64,000 nt of DNA from Leptolyngbyaceae cyanobacterium. GTDB lineage: Bacteria > Cyanobacteriota > Cyanobacteriia > Phormidesmidales > Phormidesmidaceae. Position 1 is the stretch's first letter; each line of letters opens with the position of its first letter. The notes beneath the pieces are model-generated. The model worked only from the letters and a program-made list of their open reading frames with translations. It was not told the DNA's origin and did no database searches. The position numbers and the translations under genes were made by a program. Shown in pieces: positions 31,197-40,492 of this stretch. The stretch is from NCBI GenBank assembly GCA_965263355.1, contig CBDHHL010000056.1, forward strand, positions 1,568,001 to 1,632,000. The letters run 5' to 3'.

Positions 31197-31370
31197 ATGA
31201 GCGGTACCTATATAACCATGGACATCAAACCAAGCCTAGATTAGAGCGACCTGATGCATATCTAAAAATTGTCGCCGCCGTTCCCTAGGCTCTAAGTATT
31301 CCATTAGACCTCACCCAGGTTGTCCTCAGATTGATGAGTTTTTTTTACTAAAGCATCCTTTAAGGTCACT

Positions 31371-32408
31371 ATGAAACTCTTAAGCATTTGCGATCCAACA
31401 AAATATGGCAGTCCGCCCTTGGATGTACCTACGTTTTACCAGCAACTCTCCCTTGACAAACGGGTAGATTTTTATCATATTCCCACACCTCAAGTATTTA
31501 CAGACCGTTTTCCTGGGATCCAAACGGCATTATCAGCCGCAGAATTGCCCTATGATAAGTTCCTGGCCCTAGGAGACCAGGCCCATACTTGGATGAGTTT
31601 AGAAGAGATTGACTTAGTCTTCTGCCGCACCTTAAAACCATTCCCGTCTGGTTATTTAGACACATTAGCGACTTGGGAAACAATGGCACGTTTTGTCAAT
31701 CGTCCCTCGGGTAAAAAAGAACAGATGAAATCTGAGTTTTTGCTGAGAATCGCGAAAGACTACATTCCAGATACCATCGTTACGGCTGACTGGACCGAAG
31801 CACTCGCCTTTTTTCAAACATTTCAAACCATTGTTGCCAAACAGGCGAATAGCTGTGGTGGTCGTGGTGTCTTCAAAATTTGGTATCAGAATAACGCCTT
31901 TCATGTTGATAATATTTTGACGGGAACATGTTCATTTCAACAGTTTGAGACCGTTATGGCTCAGCTGCAGGCGGGCCAAACGGAACCGCTACAGTTTTGC
32001 CGCTACCTGCAGCGTACCGATGTTGGTGATAAACGTATTGTTGTTGTGGATGGTGAAATCTATGGCAGCTATCTACGACGGTCCCAAAGTGGACATTGGG
32101 TTAACAACGTGAGTAGTGATGGCACCTGTACCCTGAGCGATATTACGGCTGATGAGCTAGAGGCCATTCAACAGACCGTCGGTCACTACCAGGCCTTGGG
32201 GTTACATACCCTGGGTTACGACTTTTTAATGGATGATGATCATACCTGGCGGATCAGTGAAGTAAATGCTGGCAATATTGGCGGCTTTGCTCGTCTAGAA
32301 CTGCTAACAGGTGAACCTGTCATGGATCGATTGATTGGCTGGCTTTTAGAGTATGCCCGACGGCCACAGCCTCAGATTGACCCGTTAGCCATGGTTGGAG
32401 TAGCCTAA
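31371..32408 (+). CDS. glutathione synthetase (GshB)/RimK-like ATP-grasp ligase
   Basis: FVN.P, P.TIVT, GGRGVFKI, GDKRIVVVDGE, GYDFL, SEVN motifs. Confidence 0.85.
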   Translation: MKLLSICDPTKYGSPPLDVPTFYQQLSLDKRVDFYHIPTPQVFTDRFPGIQTALSAAELPYDKFLALGDQAHTWMSLEEIDLVFCRTLKPFPSGYLDTLATWETMARFVNRPSGKKEQMKSEFLLRIAKDYIPDTIVTADWTEALAFFQTFQTIVAKQANSCGGRGVFKIWYQNNAFHVDNILTGTCSFQQFETVMAQLQAGQTEPLQFCRYLQRTDVGDKRIVVVDGEIYGSYLRRSQSGHWVNNVSSDGTCTLSDITADELEAIQQTVGHYQALGLHTLGYDFLMDDDHTWRISEVNAGNIGGFARLELLTGEPVMDRLIGWLLEYARRPQPQIDPLAMVGVA

Positions 32409-32941
32409 TGGCCAAACTGCTACCACTCATGCACCCTGTGTTGAATATTCGTCCCGCTGAGCCTAAAGACTATGGTGCGATCGCATCCATCTACAACGAA
32501 GCCATCGCCCACGGCGGCATCACTATGGATGGCCAACCCTATACCCCCCAGGATATTCAGACAACCCTGCAAAAAATGACTGCGCGGGAAGCCCTACTGG
32601 TAGCTGAGAGTATTAGTACCGTTGTGGGTTGGGGGGTGATTAAACGCTATAGCGATCGCATTGGCTATCAGCGCTGTTGCGAAACCTCTACCTATTTAAA
32701 GTTTTCAGAAACTGGAAAAGGGTACGGCAACACATTACAAACAGCCCTGATGACCAAGGTACGAGACTATGGCTACCATCATATTGTGGCCAAAATTGTA
32801 GCGACTAATCAGGGGAGTATTCGCTTTCATCAACGCTTTGGCTTTGAAATCGTTGGTATTCAAAAAGAAATTGGCTTTATGAATGGCACCTGGCATGACG
32901 TTGCTATCATGCAGTGTATTTTAGCCAACCCTGAGGAATAG
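32408..32941 (+). CDS. GNAT N-acetyltransferase (YncA/Pat-like)
   Basis: IR.A...D..AI..IYN, GKGYG, N.GSIRFH.RFGF..VG...EIG...G.WHDV; start overlaps the upstream stop (TAATG). Confidence 0.92.
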   Translation: MAKLLPLMHPVLNIRPAEPKDYGAIASIYNEAIAHGGITMDGQPYTPQDIQTTLQKMTAREALLVAESISTVVGWGVIKRYSDRIGYQRCCETSTYLKFSETGKGYGNTLQTALMTKVRDYGYHHIVAKIVATNQGSIRFHQRFGFEIVGIQKEIGFMNGTWHDVAIMQCILANPEE

Positions 32942-33113
32942 CTCAGCGTTTATCAGGAATTCCTAGGGCGACTTTTTAGAATACTCTCATGATTGAGTCA
33001 TCTCGGCTCGATACTATTCTCCTAGATGCAACATTGATGTCGTTGGCTCGTAGGCGAATGAACACATTTGGCATTATTCAATTCTGTTGTTAGACCGATT
33101 TGAGGTTTTTGAC

Positions 33114-33872
33114 ATGGTTCGAGCTGCACTTTCAGCGTCAACAGGAATGTCCATGGCTCACTATCCTGCTAGTTTACGCACCTTGATTGATACCCTGCAG
33201 AAAACACCTGATTTTACTCCCGAAGGTATTCAGACCCTGGTGAGAGACGCCAATATCTCAGCCAAAGATTTACTGCCATGGGCTAATTTTAATCATCCGG
33301 TCACTGATAGCTATGGTCGTCAACTGGTCTTTGAAGGTGACCATTTTGAAATCATGGTAATGTCCTGGGTCCCCGGCGATTTCAGCGCTATTCACGATCA
33401 TGGTGTGGCCCAATGGGGTGCTGTCCAGTGTTTTGGAGCAGCAGAGCACTATATCTACACATTTAAGCAAGGGGTACTCTACACCCTAACCCCGGCCTAT
33501 TATAGTCCCGGTGTAGTGCATGCCGTTGACCAGAGCCTGATTCATCACATGGGTAATTCTGGTAATGAACCATTTTTGAGCCTGCATGTATATGGTTGCC
33601 AAGGCGCTCAGGGTGCAATTACTGGTAACGCGCGGATCTTTGATTTGTTTGAAGGCAGCATTCAATATACCGATGGTGGTGCGTTCTTTGATTTACCAGC
33701 GGAGCGCATTAATCAGAAACGCTATGGTTTAGAAGCCGATCGGGAAACAACCCTGCGGCATCATCGTTTGATGTGCGATCGCATTCGCCAAATATTCAAC
33801 GCCCAACAAAATAGTGATTATTATCACAAACTCTTATTGCTACAACAACAAATTCAACACCTTAACTTGTAG
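33114..33872 (+). CDS. cysteine dioxygenase family protein (Arg-type)
   Basis: YGRQLV, W.PG..S.IHDH, H.MGN and SLHVY motifs give the 3-His Fe site and Ser-His-Tyr triad; start uncertain (33087-33153). Confidence 0.88.
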   Translation: MVRAALSASTGMSMAHYPASLRTLIDTLQKTPDFTPEGIQTLVRDANISAKDLLPWANFNHPVTDSYGRQLVFEGDHFEIMVMSWVPGDFSAIHDHGVAQWGAVQCFGAAEHYIYTFKQGVLYTLTPAYYSPGVVHAVDQSLIHHMGNSGNEPFLSLHVYGCQGAQGAITGNARIFDLFEGSIQYTDGGAFFDLPAERINQKRYGLEADRETTLRHHRLMCDRIRQIFNAQQNSDYYHKLLLLQQQIQHLNL

Positions 33873-33969
33873 AAATATCAGCGTTTCTTGATTTTTGACC
33901 CTAATTTCTTAAATTTCATCAAAACCTGTTGATTATTTCCTTAAGATTTAGTGATTTCAGGAGGTATGT

Positions 33970-34509
33970 ATGTTTGTTCTTAGTGCTCGGGAAGTTGACT
34001 TTTGCACTCTGACCAGCCGTAGGGGCGAGCAACTTGTCCAAAGACCTGGCATAGACTACCAACGTAAGCTTTACAGCAAGGGTAAAACCTATAAGTTGGA
34101 AGATAGACAAACGGCTATTCAAACGGCTCGACAAAAGGTTTTAGACCTCAAAGGTCAATCTATGATTTTGGTCGAAGAGGGGGACACGATTTCCCTCTGG
34201 TACCACGATAAAACAGTAGAAAAGGTTAACCCGCTCTTAACCCTGGATTTACAGGAGCTGGTCGCCGCCATGAGAAACGTGGGGGGTATCCAAATTAAAG
34301 CACGCCTGTATCACCTTAAGAGCTATCGGCAATGCTTTGTGGGCAGTGAGGCCGTCGATTGGCTAGTCTCCCATCTGAAGATTTCTCGACAAGATGCTGT
34401 CATCGTTGGACAACGGTTGATGGACGAAAACTGGATTCATCATGTTGTGGATGAACAAGCATTTCAGGATAAGTATTTTTTCTACCGCTTTCGCTGGGAT
34501 GAACAGTAA
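33970..34509 (+). CDS. DEP domain-containing protein
   Basis: C-terminal YRQCFVGSEAVDWL....ISRQDA..VGQ.L....IHHV.....FQD..FFYRF; GGAGG RBS. Confidence 0.88.
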   Translation: MFVLSAREVDFCTLTSRRGEQLVQRPGIDYQRKLYSKGKTYKLEDRQTAIQTARQKVLDLKGQSMILVEEGDTISLWYHDKTVEKVNPLLTLDLQELVAAMRNVGGIQIKARLYHLKSYRQCFVGSEAVDWLVSHLKISRQDAVIVGQRLMDENWIHHVVDEQAFQDKYFFYRFRWDEQ

Positions 34510-35011
34510 GGGCTTTTGAAAAATTAAGCTTATGGTTTTAGATCAGTTAATTATGAAACCGCATAGGAAAGGGAGCTTTAGAATATTGGTGGGGCGCTTA
34601 AAGATGTTGCTGGGGTCCCTCCGAGTTCCCTTTCCGGCAGCACTCAAGTTATCTCTTTATCTCTTTTAGGCAAACTGGGGTTTCCCATGGGCAGGGCCGG
34701 AACGTCGCCCTACACCTCCCGTACTGAGTTATCACTTGTATACATAAAGCTCCAATCATAACGTTGCTTCTTAACGATTCTTAAGCAATAAATTAAACTG
34801 TGCCCTAGTCCCCAGTGACATACGTTTAACTACACTGCACGTGGGTGAATTAATAGCAATCGTTGGATATATTAAGTTAAATACGGAATGGGTGTTATAT
34901 AACGTGTATTCAAGGTCTAGGCATTCTTTTGTTTAAGAGTTGCCGATTTTTTGACGTTTACCAGGAAATAGTTGTTTGCTTGAAAACAATGTAGTACTTT
35001 TTGGGGGTCAA

Positions 35012-36886
35012 ATGACTACAAGCTACAAACAGCAAAGCCTACAAGCAAAACGCCAATTCTATCAGTATAACTATACTCACATTCCCCCGGTGGCGATGGT
35101 AGATACGCTGCCAGAGGAGGAACAGTTTTCGTCTCCATGGCGCTTAATGGTCGCTAAGGTCGGTTTCCAAATCCTAGTTAATACGATCATTGTCAATCGA
35201 GGGGATCATGGCAAATTAGGCGCAGCAGACGATGTCAAAGCCTTTCTTATAGAAACGTTTAAGGAAACCTTAGTAGAACGTAATGGATTTTCTCGCCTAA
35301 AAGTTCTCTGGCAAGGGGCAAAGTTTATGCCCAAACTTCTATTTGGTCGCTTATCTACCAATGTAGAAGAGCTGGAAGCGCTGATTAAAGAGATCATCGG
35401 CAGCGTGAGTGGTGATTTTCTGCAAGACTTTGCTGCCAATGTGCAACAGAAATTAAAGCTGAATTCCCCTAAGGGCCGAGGGGATGACTGCAAAGACTTT
35501 CAGGATCTTTTCAAAACTATTGATCTGCCAGCGATTGCCTATACCTACGAAACGGATGAGGTCTTTGCCTCGCTGCGTGTGGCGGGTCCAAATCCTGTGA
35601 TGTTAGAGCGGTTGACAGGGCCTGAGCCTAATTTCCCGGTGACTGAAACCCACTATCAAGGGGTGATGGGAGACTCCGATTCCCTGGCGGAGGCCTATGG
35701 TGAGGGGCGTTTATATTGGGTTAATTATGGGGTGCTTGGTGGTGCCATCAATGGCTCATTTCCAGGGGAGCAAAAATACCTATATGCTCCGTTCGCCTTG
35801 TTTGCGGTCCCGAAAACGGGGGATCGTCGTCTGTGTTCGGTTGCCATTCAGTGTGGGCAAAACCCTGATGAGTTTCCGATACTAACGCCAAAATCTAATG
35901 CCTATGCCTGGCTCTGTGCCAAAACAATGGTGCAAATTGCTGATGCTAATTTCCATGAGGCGGTTACCCATCTAGCCCGTACCCATTTATTTATTGGGCC
36001 GTTTGCGATCGCAACCCATCGTCAACTGCCCGATGACCACCCTGTCAGCCTACTGCTGCGGCCACACTTTCAAGGCATGCTAGCCATTAATAACGCGGCC
36101 CAGGCCAAACTCATTGCTGCCGGTGGCGGTGTTAACAAAATTCTCTCATCCACCATTGACTCATCCCGCATATTTGCTGTCCTGGGAGTACAAACCTACG
36201 GGTTTAACACCGCCATGTTGCCCAAACAACTCCAACAACGGGGGGTGGACGATACCAATAGCCTGCCCATTTATCCCTACCGGGACGACAGCATCTTAAT
36301 TTGGCAGGCCATCCACGATTGGGTAAACGACTATCTAACCCTTTACTATGCCGATGATGCCGCTGTGCAGCAGGACGCCAACCTACAAGCATGGGCCCAG
36401 GAATTAATCGCCTACGATGGTGGTCGGGTGATCGACTTTGGTGAAGCTGAGGGCCGTCTCCAGACCCTTACCTATCTTACAGATGCCATTACCCTAATTA
36501 TTTTTACCGCTAGTGCCCAACATGCAGCCGTAAACTTTCCCCAAAAAGACATCATGAGCTACGCACCAGCCATGCCGACCGCTGGTTATGCTGAGCTAAA
36601 AGACTTAGGAGAACACACCACACAGGCAGATTACTTTAGTTTGTTACCCCCCCTTAACCAGGCCCAGGAGCAACTCAAACTCCTGCACTTGCTTGGTTCT
36701 GCACACTTTACTCAGTTAGGGCAATATGAGCGCCATCATTTCCAAGACAGTAATGTGCACGTTCCCTTAGAGCGATTTCAGGCTCATTTAGACAAGATCA
36801 CAGATATCATTTACGAGCGCAATCGCAATCGTCCACCCTATGACTATCTGCTCCCTAAAAACATTCCCCAGAGTATCAACATTTAG
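35012..36886 (+). CDS. lipoxygenase
   Basis: AGPNP, W..AK, HEAVTHLARTH, HP...LL.PH, YPYRDD, QHAAVNF and C-terminal PQSINI iron-ligand motifs; ATG at 35012. Confidence 0.95.
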   Translation: MTTSYKQQSLQAKRQFYQYNYTHIPPVAMVDTLPEEEQFSSPWRLMVAKVGFQILVNTIIVNRGDHGKLGAADDVKAFLIETFKETLVERNGFSRLKVLWQGAKFMPKLLFGRLSTNVEELEALIKEIIGSVSGDFLQDFAANVQQKLKLNSPKGRGDDCKDFQDLFKTIDLPAIAYTYETDEVFASLRVAGPNPVMLERLTGPEPNFPVTETHYQGVMGDSDSLAEAYGEGRLYWVNYGVLGGAINGSFPGEQKYLYAPFALFAVPKTGDRRLCSVAIQCGQNPDEFPILTPKSNAYAWLCAKTMVQIADANFHEAVTHLARTHLFIGPFAIATHRQLPDDHPVSLLLRPHFQGMLAINNAAQAKLIAAGGGVNKILSSTIDSSRIFAVLGVQTYGFNTAMLPKQLQQRGVDDTNSLPIYPYRDDSILIWQAIHDWVNDYLTLYYADDAAVQQDANLQAWAQELIAYDGGRVIDFGEAEGRLQTLTYLTDAITLIIFTASAQHAAVNFPQKDIMSYAPAMPTAGYAELKDLGEHTTQADYFSLLPPLNQAQEQLKLLHLLGSAHFTQLGQYERHHFQDSNVHVPLERFQAHLDKITDIIYERNRNRPPYDYLLPKNIPQSINI

Positions 36887-36956
36887 CAGCCTGAGAGAAT
36901 TTAAAGACTACGCCTAACGCTAAAGATCATCCCAAAGTAATCTACATCACACCATC

Positions 36957-38315
36957 ATGGACATTACTGCCCTCAAGCAAAAAGTTCTCAAAGCCCACGA
37001 TAGCCAAGTCAAACTCTCACAACGCTTAGATAAGCTCGGGTATGACAGCTTTCTTGGCAAACTCCTACGCCTGAAGTCTTACTATTTAGAAGGATTTACC
37101 ATGCTCAAAGCATGGCGTAATTTTCTCTACATTCGCAAAGAGAACATTGGCAATACGTTCTTTGCTGTTGACCACGCCATCATGCATGCCGACCACGCCC
37201 AGGTAAAAAAGCTGATGCATGTGGAACCCCAGGTCCGTGGCAATGACTTGGGTATTATTAGGATTATCGATTCCGGCTACATGCTAGGTAATCCCTTAAG
37301 CCTGGGAACCAATGGCAAAGAGCACACAGCCATACGCGCTATCTTTCATCAGGCCTTACCCGATCCCTTTGAAACCTCAGAGGAATTAGGACGTTATGTC
37401 GATGGTTTTCTATCCCAAACCACTGATCAGGGAAAATTACATATTGGCGATGATCTGCCCCGCTTTATGGTGAAAATTTTACATCACCTGGTCTTTGAGC
37501 TTGACCTCTCCGAAGACGAAGTGACCGCTTCACGGGGGTATATCACAGGTCTACCCTTAGCCTCCTTACCAGGATTTCTCACCAAAACCCTATTAGCGTC
37601 TAAGACAGGCCCCATTGCTAAACATCGCAAACAACTGGTTCAGCGATATCAAACCTCGTCAAAATGGGCGGCCTATTTAGAAACTGGCAAACAGTATGGC
37701 CTCACCCCAGACCAAATTGCCAATGGTCTGTTTGACATGATACATATTGCAGGCACTGCAGGTACCAGCGCTTTAATGGGGTCTGTGATTGGTGTTTTAT
37801 GCTTAAATGACACCCTCCGAACCGACGTGATTACAGAAATCAATCGGGTTTGGCCAGGAACAGAAGCCCCTACGGGAGATTGTCTACGTCAAGCCACCTT
37901 ACTCAGTAATGTTATTTTCGAAACTGCTCGGTTGTACCCACCTGTTCGGTTTGTCAGTCAACTGGCAACAGAATCAGGAGAGGTCGAAGTGGGTAGTCAA
38001 AAATGTCCATTCCAAAAGGGAACACGCTTACTGGGTTCGATCTTTACAGCGAATCGTGATGCTACTCGGTACAAAGAACCCGATGAGTTTTCAGTCGATC
38101 GCGACTTCTCTGACCTATTATCGTGGAATGGCGATGACCATGAGCGCGTCTGCCCTGGCAAATCATTGTCCATCGAGTTAATTAAAGTATTCTGTATGTA
38201 TCTGTTGAAGCAATACCAATGGCAACAGTCTACAGAGGTAAAATGGGACTTTGACAACGTAACAGCAGTCACCCCCAATGACTTAGAGCTTCAAGGGTTT
38301 GCCGCGAAGGTCTAG
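36957..38315 (+). CDS. cytochrome P450, atypical (candidate fatty-acid hydroperoxide-metabolising)
   Basis: ExxR in ETARLYPPV, ANRD, heme loop WNGDDHERVCPG; I-helix AGTAGT lacks the acid-alcohol pair. Confidence 0.9.
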   Translation: MDITALKQKVLKAHDSQVKLSQRLDKLGYDSFLGKLLRLKSYYLEGFTMLKAWRNFLYIRKENIGNTFFAVDHAIMHADHAQVKKLMHVEPQVRGNDLGIIRIIDSGYMLGNPLSLGTNGKEHTAIRAIFHQALPDPFETSEELGRYVDGFLSQTTDQGKLHIGDDLPRFMVKILHHLVFELDLSEDEVTASRGYITGLPLASLPGFLTKTLLASKTGPIAKHRKQLVQRYQTSSKWAAYLETGKQYGLTPDQIANGLFDMIHIAGTAGTSALMGSVIGVLCLNDTLRTDVITEINRVWPGTEAPTGDCLRQATLLSNVIFETARLYPPVRFVSQLATESGEVEVGSQKCPFQKGTRLLGSIFTANRDATRYKEPDEFSVDRDFSDLLSWNGDDHERVCPGKSLSIELIKVFCMYLLKQYQWQQSTEVKWDFDNVTAVTPNDLELQGFAAKV

Positions 38316-38349
38316 GCGTCTATAAAAATACAGTAGAGGACTAAAAATC

Positions 38350-38913
38350 ATGACAGGTTCCGTTGTCGCTCAAAAGTTTGAGAACATCGCCACGTGGATG
38401 GTTTCCACTCAACCTACCAATCTTCCTAGTGTGTTGAAAGGCGTATTTTTTATGGATGGCAATATCATGCCAGATGACTGCATCACTATGTATAACCAGG
38501 AATGGGACGATACCAAAAACTGTCTTACGTTGCCCGTTACAGGCCCTATTCAATGGACCTTTCACAGCAACCTTTTAGGCTGGGTCCTATTGCTAGGAGC
38601 AAGAATTTCTGGCTTTCGATACAAGATTCAGTTTGAAGACAGTACATTGCAAAAAGCACAAATTACACCCATTACTTTTGGTATCCCGGTACCGCGTTGG
38701 CTTGTTGATGCCACCATGTGTCAGGCTGAAGGTATTAACAATGGTGATCGTTGGGACCGTAAAAATGTTTGGTTTGGCGGCTTACCAAGGATAGGCGAAT
38801 ATACGCTACGTCGAGTTGTTGATGAAAATGGTCAGTATACTCCTGCTTTTCAGGATATGTTAACCAAGGTGGATGCTGAATGTTTGGTCGTTGCCCAGGC
38901 CTCGGATAAGTAA
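38350..38913 (+). CDS. hypothetical protein, third gene of the LOX-P450 operon
   Basis: 34 bp after the P450 stop, GAGGA RBS, 187 aa with beta-strand-like patterning. Confidence 0.82.
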   Translation: MTGSVVAQKFENIATWMVSTQPTNLPSVLKGVFFMDGNIMPDDCITMYNQEWDDTKNCLTLPVTGPIQWTFHSNLLGWVLLLGARISGFRYKIQFEDSTLQKAQITPITFGIPVPRWLVDATMCQAEGINNGDRWDRKNVWFGGLPRIGEYTLRRVVDENGQYTPAFQDMLTKVDAECLVVAQASDK

Positions 38914-38920
38914 TGTGGCG

Positions 38921-38957
38921 CTGTTGAGTAGGAGTGCGACTCACCCCTACTCAACAG
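38921..38957. terminator. hairpin between convergent genes (terminator or REP-like)
   Basis: ctgttgagtagg ... cctactcaacag inverted repeat. Confidence 0.6.
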
Positions 38958-39035
38958 TCAACAGCCAGATTTAGCAGTCCAGTGTGCCCTATTGCACAAC
39001 ACAATTGAACGTCTCTACAGACGACCTACATTTAA

Positions 39036-39509
39036 CTATCGACTACCACCACCGGGGGTTCTAATGACGGCTGTGCCTAAGGGAACTTCAGCACCTAAGT
39101 TAGGGTAAGTACCATAAACGCGATAGGGCACATCAATACCCGCATTCACAGTGCCGCGTACCCGAGAGTTTTTCATAACAATCCGAATGGTCTCGTCAGT
39201 AGGTATAGGATCGGCAAAGGTGAGTGTGAATTCTTCGAAGCCATAATTAATAGCAGGTTCAACAGACTTATCACCGACAAAAATTTCAAGACCATCCAGT
39301 TCGTGGAAGGTAATGCATTGAACCCGTACACGTTGTAAGGGATCACCTTCCACGGATACTTCAAAGTAGTGATCTTGACCGCGTCTGAGTACGCCTGCAT
39401 CGGATACGGTGGCCGCTGTAAATACGGCGTTGGCCGCTGGGGCCATTACCATTGTTGCAGTAGCCGTCATCGCCAGGGCTGCTAATCCATTAAGTAGTAA
39501 TTTTTTCAC
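39036..39509 (-). CDS. secreted hypothetical protein (DUF2808-like)
   Basis: Signal peptide ending APAANA; F..PIP....I.I, Y.VYG, LG.A pattern; AGGAG RBS. Confidence 0.75.
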   Translation of the reverse strand: MKKLLLNGLAALAMTATATMVMAPAANAVFTAATVSDAGVLRRGQDHYFEVSVEGDPLQRVRVQCITFHELDGLEIFVGDKSVEPAINYGFEEFTLTFADPIPTDETIRIVMKNSRVRGTVNAGIDVPYRVYGTYPNLGAEVPLGTAVIRTPGGGSR

Positions 39510-39940
39510 GGGGTACTCCTTTCGGACTAAGGGTTAGAAAAGCATGTCAGTGCTTTCACGGAAAACGATAGCGAGTCTGCTCAGCTGAAGTTTGAGGAAG
39601 TGCTGAGAAGTCGGTGAGTCAGCTGCAAGAATTGGCTGATCGCGTTTCGGGAGATCTTGAGACAGGCATTATGAAGGTTTCAAGTGGCGTTCAGAGAATT
39701 CAGTATGCGATTTACAAAGTGCAGCCTGATAAAATCTCTTCTTTACGTCTACCCACTGTCAACCAGCCAAAGAGCTAATCCACTGTCAGTTCCAACCTTG
39801 CCTCCAACAAACAGGGCAACATTGCTTCTCCTGTCAGCTCATCTGGCAAACTATCCGGGTAAAACATCAACACCCCCCGCCCCTGGTGCCCAGTCTCTGA
39901 CTGAGCACCGTCACCGAGCCTCTGGCTCTTTTCACAGTGT

Positions 39941-40198
39941 CTATACCCGCCGCACCAACATGCTGATCACATCGTCTGGCTCTGGCCTCAGTATCAACCG
40001 ATTGTCAGGTACTTCAATCAGGGGACTCCACTGGCTAGTTTCTACATACCGTAGATTGTGCAGTAGGTGAATGGTTTGGCGAATATGGCTGGGATGACCG
40101 AGCAGGATATGGCGGATGGAACTGCCGGGGGGCAGGCTGCTAGAAAAGTCGGCAGGCAGACTTGGCGGCACCTGGGGTGCCTGGTTTGAGAAGGTCAT
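39941..40198 (-). CDS. small hypothetical protein (85 aa)
   Basis: ATG at 40198 after AAGGA; RH.LLG.P..I..TI..LH.L.Y.E...WSP pattern; the longer 256-aa call runs through REP DNA. Confidence 0.7.
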   Translation of the reverse strand: MTFSNQAPQVPPSLPADFSSSLPPGSSIRHILLGHPSHIRQTIHLLHNLRYVETSQWSPLIEVPDNRLILRPEPDDVISMLVRRV

Positions 40199-40427
40199 AG
40201 GGGCGTTTTCCTTGGTGGGTGTTTCACCACGAGACGACAGGGAGGAAAGCCCCCAAAAAGTTAGCCACCCTGCAACTAAAATCAGGGTGGCTGTAAAATG
40301 CTCACAGCTCACCAACTGCTTGCTCCAGTTGGAGGGGTTAGCGGGGTGGTGGTGTTGGTAGCACCGCCATCTCGCGTCGCTAAATTTTTGGGTGCGAAAA
40401 ACAACTGGGGTCAGTTGCTTAATGTGT

Positions 40428-40456
40428 AGGCTATCAGGCACGGATCGATGAGTCAA
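40428..40456 (-). promoter_or_regulatory. sigma70-type promoter TTGACT-N17-TAGCCT
   Basis: Minus strand ttgact catcgatccgtgcctga tagcct, about 230 nt upstream of the 85-aa ORF. Confidence 0.55.
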
Positions 40457-40492
40457 GCAGGTGTTTCGGCGGTTTGTATTCCACCAATTTTT

